DNA from: a bacterium
GTDB taxonomy: Bacteria > SAR324 > JACQKK01
Assembly: GCA_965240465.1 (NCBI GenBank)
Contig: OZ251219.1
Location: forward strand, 256,001 to 320,000
Reading direction: 5' to 3'
Length of the DNA stretch: 64,000 nucleotides
Below, in pieces: positions 29,768-38,839 of the stretch. Positions within the stretch are counted from its first letter, which is position 1; the number at the start of each line of letters is the position of its first letter. Both the position numbers and the translations under genes were made by a program. The notes beneath the pieces were generated by a model. It made no database searches and was not told the origin of the DNA. It worked only from the letters and a program-made list of their open reading frames with translations.

Positions 29768-30592
29768 TCAGCGGCGACGGTGTTCCAATACTAGTAGGCA
29801 GCTCAGCAGCATGATCCCGATGATAGATACAAAATAGCTTATATCAGCCAAGTCTAGCAATCCTCGCTGGATGGAATCGAAATGGGTGGTAAAGCTGAAA
29901 GCCGAGATCAAATTGGCGATGCTGGGGGGAAAGATTACTGCCAGGGTGCGCGTTAGTACACCCAATCCCAACAACAACAAGAGCAAACAAACCAGCACAC
30001 TAGTTATAAAGCTAACCACCTGATTCTTGGTGAGAGCAGAGGTAAAACAAGAAATTGAAAGATATGCACCAGCCATCAAAAAACTACCTAGGTAACCAGT
30101 CAGCATTACTCCCTTGTCTGGGTCTCCTAAGAAGAGTACCGTAAGCACCATAGGGAAAGTGAGCAAGAGAGATAATCCCAGAAATAACCAAGCCGCCAAA
30201 AACTTGGCCAGTATTATATGTCCCAAACCCAACGGCCAAGTGTACAGGAGCTCCAAAGTGCCCGAGCGTTGTTCTTCGGACCACAAACGCATGCCCACCG
30301 CAGGCACTAATATCAAATATAGCCACGGATGAAAGAAAAAAAACCACTCCAAACTGGCGTGGTTAGATTGGTAAAAATTACCCACATACCAAGTCAAACC
30401 CACCGAACCCAACAGGAAAATAACCTGAAACACATAGGCTACCGGAGAACGAAAGTACCCCATCCACTCACGCCTCAAAACCGGCATACCCGACCAACTA
30501 GACAACCACTCCCCCAATAATTTTATCCCAAACCAAGTTCTCACCAGAACACCCTGCTTGCTACTCTTAGCCATCCGCAACCCTTGCATCAA
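29768..30592 (-). CDS. ABC transporter permease (GldF-like)
   Basis: REWMGYFRSPVAYVF, MRLWSEEQRSGTLELL, multiple TM helices. Confidence 0.88.
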   Translation of the reverse strand: MMQGLRMAKSSKQGVLVRTWFGIKLLGEWLSSWSGMPVLRREWMGYFRSPVAYVFQVIFLLGSVGLTWYVGNFYQSNHASLEWFFFFHPWLYLILVPAVGMRLWSEEQRSGTLELLYTWPLGLGHIILAKFLAAWLFLGLSLLLTFPMVLTVLFLGDPDKGVMLTGYLGSFLMAGAYLSISCFTSALTKNQVVSFITSVLVCLLLLLLGLGVLTRTLAVIFPPSIANLISAFSFTTHFDSIQRGLLDLADISYFVSIIGIMLLSCLLVLEHRRR

Positions 30593-32067
30593 ATACCTTT
30601 TGCCCTGCTCTTAGTATATCTACTACTAGCTGACTTACTACCAACTGCCTTGCTGCCGACCACTTTGCCACTAGCTGACTTACTACCAACTGCCTTGCTG
30701 CCGACCACTTTGCCACTAGCTGACTTACTATCAACTGCCTTGCTACCGACCGCTTTGCTACTAGCTGACTTACTACCAACTGCCTTGCTACCGACCGCTT
30801 TGCTACTAGCTGACTTACTACCAACTGCCTTGCTACCGACCGCTTTGCTACTAGCTGACTTACTACCAACTGCCTTGCTACCGACCGCTTTGCTACTAGC
30901 TGACTTACTACCAACTGCCTTGCTACCGACCGATTTGCTACTAGCTGACTTACTACCAACTGCCTTGCTACCGACCGCTTTGCTACTAGCTGACTTACTA
31001 CCAACTGCCTTGCTACCGACCGATTTGCTACTGGCTGACTTACTATCAACTGCCTTGCTGCTGGCTACTTTCTTGTTACTGACCGACTCGCTACCGAAAG
31101 CTACCCTGCCTGTTATTTTTCTGGAAATTGCCCCTGAATCCTTAGTCAGAGTGCGAAACACTTCATCCACCCGACCGCGTTCCGTGTAAATCTCTAAGAT
31201 GTTTAACTTCTTGTTACGAAGATAAGCTTCTACCTTTACCGCGTAGTCCGCCTGAGCTGGTTGTTCAGGCAACAAATAATGACGCCAGCCATCATCTATA
31301 TTTTCGCTACGAACCTCCTTAACTCTGGGAGCAGAAGTCAATATTTTCAGCGTTTTTTCATCGCCAGTATCTGTTACTACTGCCAAGGCTTGATGAAAGA
31401 CTGAAAGGGCTGCCATCTCTTTAGGAGTTCCATTGAAAGCAATTTTCCCTTCGTTAATCACCACCGCCCGATCACAGACAGCTTCCATTTCTTCTAAAAT
31501 ATGAGTGGATAAAATAATGGTCTTCCTACGACCCATCTGCCTAATTAAAGCCCGTACATGATGCTTTTGATTGGGGTCTAGTCCATCAGTGGGTTCATCT
31601 AATATCAGCACCGCAGGATCATGAATCACCGCCTGAGCAAAGCACACCCGTTGACGATAACCCTTAGACAAGGTATCAATGATCCGATCCCTAGTTCCCT
31701 TTAGGCCGATCAACTTCATCACTTCAGCCGTCCGATTACTCAACACTTCGCCTTTCAATCCGTGCAGTTCCCCCACGAAACTCAAGAATTCGCCCACCGT
31801 CATTTCGCCATAAGAAGATGCACTCTCGGGCAGATAGCCTATTAAACGCTGCACTTTCAGGGATTCCTCCACCACATCAAACCCTCCCACCTTAACACTA
31901 CCGGCGGTAGGCAACAAGAAGCCTGTTATCACCTTCATGGTGGTGGATTTTCCAGCCCCATTGGGACCCAAAAACCCCAACACCTGACCCGCTTCCGCCC
32001 GAAAACTGATGCCATCCACCGCTACGTGTCTGCCATAATGCTTGCAGAGAGATTTTACTTCAATCAC
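30589..32067 (-). CDS. ABC transporter ATP-binding protein (GldA-like) with low-complexity C-terminal tail
   Basis: Walker A GPNGAGKST, signature LSKGYRQR, ILDEPT; about 150 aa of SKAVG/SKSAS repeats at the C-terminus. Confidence 0.92.
   Translation of the reverse strand: MIEVKSLCKHYGRHVAVDGISFRAEAGQVLGFLGPNGAGKSTTMKVITGFLLPTAGSVKVGGFDVVEESLKVQRLIGYLPESASSYGEMTVGEFLSFVGELHGLKGEVLSNRTAEVMKLIGLKGTRDRIIDTLSKGYRQRVCFAQAVIHDPAVLILDEPTDGLDPNQKHHVRALIRQMGRRKTIILSTHILEEMEAVCDRAVVINEGKIAFNGTPKEMAALSVFHQALAVVTDTGDEKTLKILTSAPRVKEVRSENIDDGWRHYLLPEQPAQADYAVKVEAYLRNKKLNILEIYTERGRVDEVFRTLTKDSGAISRKITGRVAFGSESVSNKKVASSKAVDSKSASSKSVGSKAVGSKSASSKAVGSKAVGSKSASSKSVGSKAVGSKSASSKAVGSKAVGSKSASSKAVGSKAVGSKSASSKAVGSKAVGSKSASSKAVGSKAVDSKSASGKVVGSKAVGSKSASGKVVGSKAVGSKSASSRYTKSRAKGI
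30620..31075. repeat. Coding minisatellite, 45-bp unit made of three 15-bp subunits, about 10 copies
   Basis: ctactagctgacttactaccaactgccttgctaccgaccgctttg repeated in tandem. Confidence 0.95.
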
Positions 32068-32214
32068 GGAAAGTACTCACGAAAATCATTCTACCACAAA
32101 AACTGACGACCAATAAAAATAGCGACCCTCAAACTAAGATCTACAATAGTCCATGTCCCTAGTGCTTACGTCAAGCAGTTATTAGTAATTAGAATGTGAA
32201 AATACAAACATACC

Positions 32215-32303
32215 CGGAGGGGGGGGGATTCGAACCCCCGGAGCCCTTTAAAAGACTCAGCGGTTTTCAAGACCGCCGGTTTCAACCACTCACCCACCCC
32301 TCC
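32215..32303 (-). tRNA. tRNA-Ser(TGA)
   Basis: Minus strand GGAGGGG...GCGGT-CTTGAAA-ACCGC, long variable arm, GGTTCGAATCC, ...CCCCTCCG; no encoded CCA. Confidence 0.95.
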
Positions 32304-32432
32304 GAAATCCAACCCTGTTAATAGCATCCATATTGATTAAATGGTTTGTGCATCAATTTTCTTTACCCTTCTCTGCAAAAACATAAACTTGATGTGTAAA
32401 TATTGGCAACAAAACAAATAAATTTATTTTTA

Positions 32433-33323
32433 TTAAAATATTTCTTCAAATATATTGTCTAATTTACTATCACCCTTCAATTTAGAATGTGGGATATGTA
32501 AATTTTCTAAAACAGTAGCAAACTTTGTGAAGCCATTATCAGCTCTTAATTCTACCCATTCAATCTTTAAATTATCTAATTGTTTTTTATTTGCATCTGA
32601 TAATTTGTCTGCAACAAAAATTCTACTACTTCTTGCTATTACAGAATCAGCACTTTCTGGATTACCTCTTCCCATAAGCTTAACTTCACATTTATACAGA
32701 TCACCTCCTTTTTTCAGATAAAAATCAACTTCTCTCTCAGAATCATCATTTTTTATTTCTAATGAATAATTATCTTTTGATACCCCGTATAATTTACAAA
32801 GTGTTTGCATAAGAGGTTTTTCTACTCTTTTACCAGCTGTACTCCAAAGTCCTCCTCTTATTGCTGACCTCTTTACAGCTAATGTATTTATAACAATTAA
32901 ACTTTCACTAATATTCAAATCTACACTTATCCCATTAAATTTTATTGTAAGTGTCAATTCCAGACCATGTTCAGCATCTATAAGATGTTTTATTGATTCA
33001 TACAAAATGTCATAGTGTTCATTTGAGGCACCAATTACAATGCTTTTTTTTGATGAATTGAACATATTCTTAATTGTTTTTTTGTTTAATCCTGAATTAA
33101 TAGCTATTTCTTCTGATGGCAGATTAGGATCAAGAAAAACTTTTTTATACCAATCAACAGTAATACCTTTGTTTCTTAACTTTGCATCTACAATACTTTT
33201 GAAAAAATCAATTGAGAATTGTAAAAATTCTTCATTTATTAATCTAAGAATTACAACTCTATAATCCTCACCTTTTAGAAGGTGTTTTATAATATTTTTA
33301 ACTATCCTATCTGTTATTGTCAT
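32433..33323 (-). CDS. Type II restriction endonuclease, CfrBI-like
   Basis: WSTAGKRVEKPLM, REVDFYL...CEVKLMGRGNPESAD (PD-D/ExK); overlaps the upstream methyltransferase by 4 nt; family assignment from recall. Confidence 0.72.
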   Translation of the reverse strand: MTITDRIVKNIIKHLLKGEDYRVVILRLINEEFLQFSIDFFKSIVDAKLRNKGITVDWYKKVFLDPNLPSEEIAINSGLNKKTIKNMFNSSKKSIVIGASNEHYDILYESIKHLIDAEHGLELTLTIKFNGISVDLNISESLIVINTLAVKRSAIRGGLWSTAGKRVEKPLMQTLCKLYGVSKDNYSLEIKNDDSEREVDFYLKKGGDLYKCEVKLMGRGNPESADSVIARSSRIFVADKLSDANKKQLDNLKIEWVELRADNGFTKFATVLENLHIPHSKLKGDSKLDNIFEEIF

Positions 33324-34720
33324 AATTCAACCTTGGTTAAAGAAATAAAATCATTTAATTGCATAAAATTAGTTTCTATTTTATATGATCTAAAAAAATC
33401 TTCATTTTTAATTAAATTTCGCTTCATTATGTTTATATATTTTTCCTCTTTCTCGGTTAAAAAAAAATTTCTTTCAAGTTTTATTGCCGATTTTCCAAGT
33501 GTTCCACTACCAGCAAAAGGATCAAAAACTAAATCACCCGAAAAAGAGTAATATTTTATCACTCTATCGCATAATCCTAGAGGAAATACCGCACTATGTA
33601 CCTTATCAAAAACAGGATCTATATACCAAACATTTGTTGTTTCATATTTTTCTTTGATCTTACTTTTTTCTACTTTTCTCCAGCTATATTGTTTGATATT
33701 CCAATCAATTAATTTATCTGTTTTTTTTCTGTAAACCATTAGACTTTCAGTAATGGCATTTGGCTTATATCCTAATGGTTTTCTATGCTGCAAAAAACCT
33801 GCATTTCTATTTTTTACACTTGCTTCAGGCTTTACCCAAATTATATCATCAATAAATTCCCACCCCATTTTTACAAGTAGAGGATGAATATCATATGGTA
33901 TCGGATATCTTTTACTTGAATGTGCACGACTAATTCTAGAAATAATAATTGGAGAAGTATTTAAGATAAAAAATCTCCCTTCTTTTGTAATTCTATGTAC
34001 TTCTCTAAAAACATCTTCTAAAAAATTTAAATATTCTGCATAACTCTGATAAATTGAATAATCTCTTGCATTATAATAAGGTGGTGATGTAAAAGTTAGA
34101 TGAATTGATTCATCAGGAATATATTGTAGAGTTTCTTGAACATCACCGTTAACAATTTTATTTTTCATAAATAACGGAAATTCATCATGTTTTTGATTTG
34201 ATATTGATGTAAATTTACTGCTATTGATCTCTCTATCAATAACTTCTTTAATTAATTCATTTGGGTGATTAATTAATCTCTCAAGTTTGATTTTAACATC
34301 TTTTCTATTAGAAAACATTAATAACCCCCTAATAGCTTGCATTACAATTTTTGGATCTTTGTCTGATGAAAATTGAATTAAAATTGGAATTATTTTTTCG
34401 TTACGTAGTCTTCCAATAGCTGAGATGGCTTCTCGCCTTACATTTGTACTATCATCTTCTTTGGCATATTTTACAAAGATATCTAATAAAGAAATATCAC
34501 CTATTTTGGCTAGATTTTTTATAGCAAGAGTTCTTATCCTATTGTTTTTTTTATTCAATAGATATAACAATGGTTCTTTGTTGTATCCATTTTCTAATTT
34601 ACCAAGCTTTTCAAGAGTATATATGATTTTCCCATCACTCTGAGTTCCAAAAAAACTAAAAAGTGTCTTAGTATTATTTTTTAATTCTTCAATTTGATTT
34701 CTATTTATTACATTATTCAT
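33320..34720 (-). CDS. N4/N6 DNA methyltransferase (beta class) with N-terminal HEAT repeats
   Basis: TSPPY precedes DPFAGSGT; N-terminus has IRTLAIKNLAKIG, VRREAISAIGRL and IVMQAIRGL HEAT-like repeats. Confidence 0.88.
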   Translation of the reverse strand: MNNVINRNQIEELKNNTKTLFSFFGTQSDGKIIYTLEKLGKLENGYNKEPLLYLLNKKNNRIRTLAIKNLAKIGDISLLDIFVKYAKEDDSTNVRREAISAIGRLRNEKIIPILIQFSSDKDPKIVMQAIRGLLMFSNRKDVKIKLERLINHPNELIKEVIDREINSSKFTSISNQKHDEFPLFMKNKIVNGDVQETLQYIPDESIHLTFTSPPYYNARDYSIYQSYAEYLNFLEDVFREVHRITKEGRFFILNTSPIIISRISRAHSSKRYPIPYDIHPLLVKMGWEFIDDIIWVKPEASVKNRNAGFLQHRKPLGYKPNAITESLMVYRKKTDKLIDWNIKQYSWRKVEKSKIKEKYETTNVWYIDPVFDKVHSAVFPLGLCDRVIKYYSFSGDLVFDPFAGSGTLGKSAIKLERNFFLTEKEEKYINIMKRNLIKNEDFFRSYKIETNFMQLNDFISLTKVEL

Positions 34721-34947
34721 GTCAAATATTCTATTTTAGTTAATGTTGTATAAGAAAAATCACATTTTTCTGCCGAGTAGTCTTATGTCAGTCCTTTACA
34801 GCCCTGCTAGGTAGCCAAAGTAATCACTCTTCACCTTTTTACACCCGATAAATGTACATGGCAAAAATAATGCAGGCAGTTTCAGCTTCAGTGTGTTAAA
34901 CGGTTGATAATGCTAGCTGTTGGCATGTTGTGTTTCCATAAGTATTT

Positions 34948-36303
34948 ATGCATATCCAGTATCACTCAGAGTCATGTGATCCTATTTTGAATGGAAAGCT
35001 AGTAATAGCCTTTGATTTAGAGATGGCTAATTCTTTCGTTAATGAGTCCCCAGTGATTTGCATGGTGGGAATGGGAGTATATGATGATTTTGCCTCTGAT
35101 TTAAAGTGTACTATTGCCAGCATTGTTTCTCGGGATGAGGAAAAGGAGCTAGTTTGTTGGTTTTTGCGGCAGTTGCAAGCATTTCAGAAGCAGCATCCCC
35201 AAGCTAGTTTATTGTCTTTTTCTGGCTCAGATAATGATGTTCCGTGGTTACAAAAGCGGATAGACAAGTATCACATTTCAGAAAAGGATGCCGTAATACT
35301 AAAGCGGATTGGGCACTTGGACTTAAAAAGAGAGTTCAAGAAACGCACTCAACGGGACCATATTTCTCTCAAGCGTTTGGAGCGGTTATTCGGGATTGAA
35401 CGCACCGATAAGCTAAGTTCTCGTCAGGTGAGCTTTATGCTGACCAGTTTGATGAAGCAAGGAGGCAATAAGGGAATTACCGATGCTGTGTATAAGTATT
35501 TGTTTCAGGATGTTGCCAATTTGTTTCACATTTACAGGCGTTGGGATGAGGTATCTTTGGATAAGGAGTGCTTGGGAGAGAGAGAATATCTGGAATGGCT
35601 GTTGAGCTTGTGTAGACGGACAAAGCGTTGTTTTCATGGGAGGCGTGCTCCTTTGAGTGGTTTGTCTGCTGAGGTTCTGGGGAATTTTTATCAGCAGTTG
35701 CTAGCTTCCATTGAGAGTGCGGTTTCCGTGAGAAGTTTTGCTGAGTTCAAATTACCTGCCTGGCCAGATTTAGCTTCTGAACATAAAGAGATTAAACAGC
35801 TGGAGGATCGTTATCGTACTCTTGACGAATTGTGCTTAAAACAAGGTGGTCGGTATTGGTTGCTTCGCGATTTAACGCGTCCTCAGGGTGCTTTGGCGGT
35901 GGTTCGCAATCAAGAAAAGCAGGTACTGATGATCCAACGCGGCCCGAATTTGTCGCGAGCCCCGGGCTGTTGGGGATTTCCCGGTGGAGTAATGGAAAAA
36001 AGCGAATTGCCGGGTGCTTGTGCTCAGCGCGAATTAAAAGAAGAAGTTAACTTAGATGGAAATACCATTGCCATGCTGGGGAGCAGCATCAGTTACGATG
36101 GAGAATTTGATCTGCTTTGGATGGAAGTTCTACTGAATAACCCTGAAGCCGAACCTTATCCTAATAAAAAAGAGGTCGCCCAAGTACGCTGGGTATCAAT
36201 GGATGAAATTTCCGCCCTCAAACCCCTAATTCCGGGCACCTTAGAGGCAGTACAACACATCTTAGGAGGTCGCTTAAAAAAGAGATCTAAGAACACTCTA
36301 TAA
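34948..36303 (+). CDS. RNase H-like DEDD exonuclease (YprB/RNase_H_2-like) fused to a NUDIX hydrolase
   Basis: FDLE, SFSGSDNDVPWL, HLDL, SLKRLERLFGIER, YLFQDV; NUDIX box GGVMEKSELPGACAQRELKEEVNL. Confidence 0.75.
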   Translation: MHIQYHSESCDPILNGKLVIAFDLEMANSFVNESPVICMVGMGVYDDFASDLKCTIASIVSRDEEKELVCWFLRQLQAFQKQHPQASLLSFSGSDNDVPWLQKRIDKYHISEKDAVILKRIGHLDLKREFKKRTQRDHISLKRLERLFGIERTDKLSSRQVSFMLTSLMKQGGNKGITDAVYKYLFQDVANLFHIYRRWDEVSLDKECLGEREYLEWLLSLCRRTKRCFHGRRAPLSGLSAEVLGNFYQQLLASIESAVSVRSFAEFKLPAWPDLASEHKEIKQLEDRYRTLDELCLKQGGRYWLLRDLTRPQGALAVVRNQEKQVLMIQRGPNLSRAPGCWGFPGGVMEKSELPGACAQRELKEEVNLDGNTIAMLGSSISYDGEFDLLWMEVLLNNPEAEPYPNKKEVAQVRWVSMDEISALKPLIPGTLEAVQHILGGRLKKRSKNTL

Positions 36304-36458
36304 AGAAAATTTGATTCTGGTATGTATTTGTTTTAGCATCTGGTTTGTGATAAGTTGGTACACCCAAGTTATTATAATTGGAACTCTTCAAGCATAAATG
36401 TAAAAATAAGGGCAAGAAAAGGGATACAATCGGGTGGGTACGTGATCACAGGAGGAAC

Positions 36459-36701
36459 ATGAACGAATACTATGTATATAAGCTAACCAAGGGTAGCACG
36501 ATCGTCTATTTCGGCAACACAGAGAAAGATCTGGATGAAGTTGTCAAGGATCACCGTGGACAAGGCTGGGATTTCGACTCCAGCGAGTGCATTGGCACTT
36601 TGCCAGATAAAGAAACAGCCCAAGATTTGTGCGAAGTACAACTCAAAGACTACGAGAGCAAAAACAGTCAGCTACCTAAGTACAACATAGAGCAAGAATA
36701 A
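36459..36701 (+). CDS. Small GIY-YIG-like protein (80 aa)
   Basis: GGAGG Shine-Dalgarno then ATG 36459; YVYKL...IVYFGNT...H...E...PKYN pattern. Confidence 0.6.
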   Translation: MNEYYVYKLTKGSTIVYFGNTEKDLDEVVKDHRGQGWDFDSSECIGTLPDKETAQDLCEVQLKDYESKNSQLPKYNIEQE

Positions 36702-36710
36702 GGAGCTCGC

Positions 36711-36768
36711 AGGAGAAGGATTGGGAGGAGAGGATTGGCAGGAGAGGATTGGCAGGAGAGGATTGGCA
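36711..36768. repeat. 14-bp tandem repeat, about 4 copies
   Basis: ggagaggattggca repeated. Confidence 0.85.
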
Positions 36769-36780
36769 GTCTCTTTGGGA

Positions 36781-37178
36781 TAGGGGATATTCTTAGGGTC
36801 TGAGGTGCTAGGGGATGTTCTTAGGGTCTGGGGTGCTAGGGGATATTCTTAGGGTCTGGGGTGCTAGGGGATATTCTTAGGGTCTGGGGTGCTAGGGGAT
36901 ATTCTTAGGGTCTGAGGTGCTAGGGGATATTCTTAGGGTCTGAGGTGCTAGGGGATATTCTTAGGGTCTGAGGTGCTAGGGGATATTCTTAGGGTCTGAG
37001 GTGCTAGGGGATATTCTTAGGGTCTGAGGTGCTAGGGGATATTCTTAGGGTCTGAGGTGCTAGGGGATATTCTTAGGGTCTGAGGTGCTAGGGGATATTC
37101 TTAGGGTCTGAGGTGCTAGGGGATATTCTTAGGGTCTGAGGTGCTAGGGGATATTCTTAGGGTCTGAGGTGCTAGGGG
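36781..37178. repeat. 28-bp tandem repeat, 14 copies plus a partial copy
   Basis: taggggatattcttagggtctgaggtgc head-to-tail with no spacers. Confidence 0.97.
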
Positions 37179-37184
37179 GAATCT

Positions 37185-38609
37185 TTATTTCAGGCGTTCC
37201 AGTTTGTAGCCGTTGGGATTATCTTCTACCGCATAACCTGCCTCCAGCAATGTCTTACGTAGGTCATCAGCCTGCTGCCATTTTCTTTGCTCTCTGGCTT
37301 GCTGGCGAGCATCTGCCAATGATTTCACCTCATCTGGGATGGTCTGAAAATCTGTTTCTGCAGCTCTTAAACGACTGAAATCTAATAGCCCTAATCCCAG
37401 CAAGGGTTCAACCCAAGCGACCAGATCACATTTCTTCTGAGCCTCCAAACTATCATCACGCATTGCCTGCCACAACAATCCCAAAGCCCGCGGAGAATTG
37501 AGGTCATCACAGAGAACTTCCATTATGGACTGCTGCAGATCATCAGCTGGGGAAGATAAAGTCGGAACGGCAGGCTGGTTAATTTGCTGAAAAGCAGTTC
37601 GTACTAAGTACCTCATATGCATTAGGGCAGACTCAGCAGCTCGCAATGCAGACCAAGAAAACTGCAAATATTGCCGATAATGATTGTTAAAAGCCAAATA
37701 ACGAAACGCCAAGGGTTCTATTTCCTCGGCAAGCAGGGAATCCAAGCTCAGCATATTCCCTTCCGATTTTCCCATCCGCCCCTCCTTGAGAACCAAAAAT
37801 GCCCCATGCATCCAATAATTAACAAAACGCTTACCAGTCGCAACTTCAGATTGGGCTATCTCATTAGTATGGTGAACTGGAATATGGTCGCTACCACCAG
37901 TGTGAATATCAAATGTTTCTCCCAAATATTTCATGGACATGGCAGAGCATTCAACGTGCCAGCCTGGGAATCCCCTACCCCAAGGACTGTCCCACTCCAT
38001 CTGACGCTCTACACCCTCGGCAGTGAATTTCCATAGGGCAAAATCACTTTTCCCCTTCTTGCCATGCACTTCTATTCGGACTCCCGAACGCAAACCTTTA
38101 AGGTCCAAACGAGCCAGACGACCATAATCTGCAAAATTCCTAGCATGATAATAAATCCCATCTGAGGTGCGATAAGTGAACCCCTTGGCTTCCAGATTTC
38201 TAATCAGGTCAATCTGCTCTGTGATGTGCTCTGTAGCGCGGGGTAGATGATCGGGAAGCTGAATACCCAATTGCTTAATATCTTGTAAAAAGTAGTCGGT
38301 GTATTCTTGAGCAATCTCCCAAGCTGAGCATTCATTAACACGGGCAGCACGCTCTACTTTATCTTCTCCCTCATCGGCATCAGAAATTAGATGTCCTACA
38401 TCGGTGATGTTTATCACATGGCATACCTCCAGCCCCAAGGCACCTAACACCCGCTTTAGCAAATCTGGAAACAAATAGCTGCGTAAATTGCCGATATGAG
38501 CTCGTGCATACACGGTCGGACCGCAGGTATAAATACCTGCTCGTTTCGCGATAAGCGGCTTAAAAACCTCCTTTTTGCGAGTGAGGGTATTAAACAGCCT
38601 TAGTTGCAC
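37185..38609 (-). CDS. cysS: Cysteine--tRNA ligase
   Basis: YTCGPTVY, HIGN, GFPGWHVECSAM, DIHTGG.DH..HHTNEIAQ, MGKSEGN. Confidence 0.97.
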   Translation of the reverse strand: MQLRLFNTLTRKKEVFKPLIAKRAGIYTCGPTVYARAHIGNLRSYLFPDLLKRVLGALGLEVCHVINITDVGHLISDADEGEDKVERAARVNECSAWEIAQEYTDYFLQDIKQLGIQLPDHLPRATEHITEQIDLIRNLEAKGFTYRTSDGIYYHARNFADYGRLARLDLKGLRSGVRIEVHGKKGKSDFALWKFTAEGVERQMEWDSPWGRGFPGWHVECSAMSMKYLGETFDIHTGGSDHIPVHHTNEIAQSEVATGKRFVNYWMHGAFLVLKEGRMGKSEGNMLSLDSLLAEEIEPLAFRYLAFNNHYRQYLQFSWSALRAAESALMHMRYLVRTAFQQINQPAVPTLSSPADDLQQSIMEVLCDDLNSPRALGLLWQAMRDDSLEAQKKCDLVAWVEPLLGLGLLDFSRLRAAETDFQTIPDEVKSLADARQQAREQRKWQQADDLRKTLLEAGYAVEDNPNGYKLERLK

Positions 38610-38647
38610 GGCAGATTCACATTCAGTTTTTTAATATGATCAGCATC

Positions 38648-38770
38648 GGTTTTTGGCACTGGTCTTTGACACTGGTTTTGGCACTGGTTTTGGCACTGGT
38701 CTTTGACACTGGTTTTGGCACTGGTCTTTGACACTGGTCTTTGACACTGGTTTTGGCACTGGTCTTTGGC
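38648..38770. repeat. Mixed 12/13-bp tandem repeat upstream of cysS
   Basis: ggttttggcact and ggtctttgacact units in irregular order, about 10 copies. Confidence 0.9.
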
Positions 38771-38839
38771 AAATTCCTGTTTTCAAGTCCTATCTTGAGC
38801 GTATCAGATAGGGACTCAATATAAAAGGGAGCCGATAGT

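Noticed and set aside
30567-31189. Alternative-frame ORFs over the 45-bp repeat
   Set aside because: Stop-free by-products of a repeat whose unit is a multiple of 3, overlapping the ABC ATPase
32215-36701. Integrative element inserted at tRNA-Ser
   Set aside because: The R-M block lies on the 5' side of the tRNA; no integrase and no duplicated tRNA 3' end were seen
36781-37178. 28-bp repeat as a CRISPR array
   Set aside because: Repeats are contiguous with no unique spacers, and no cas genes are present in the window
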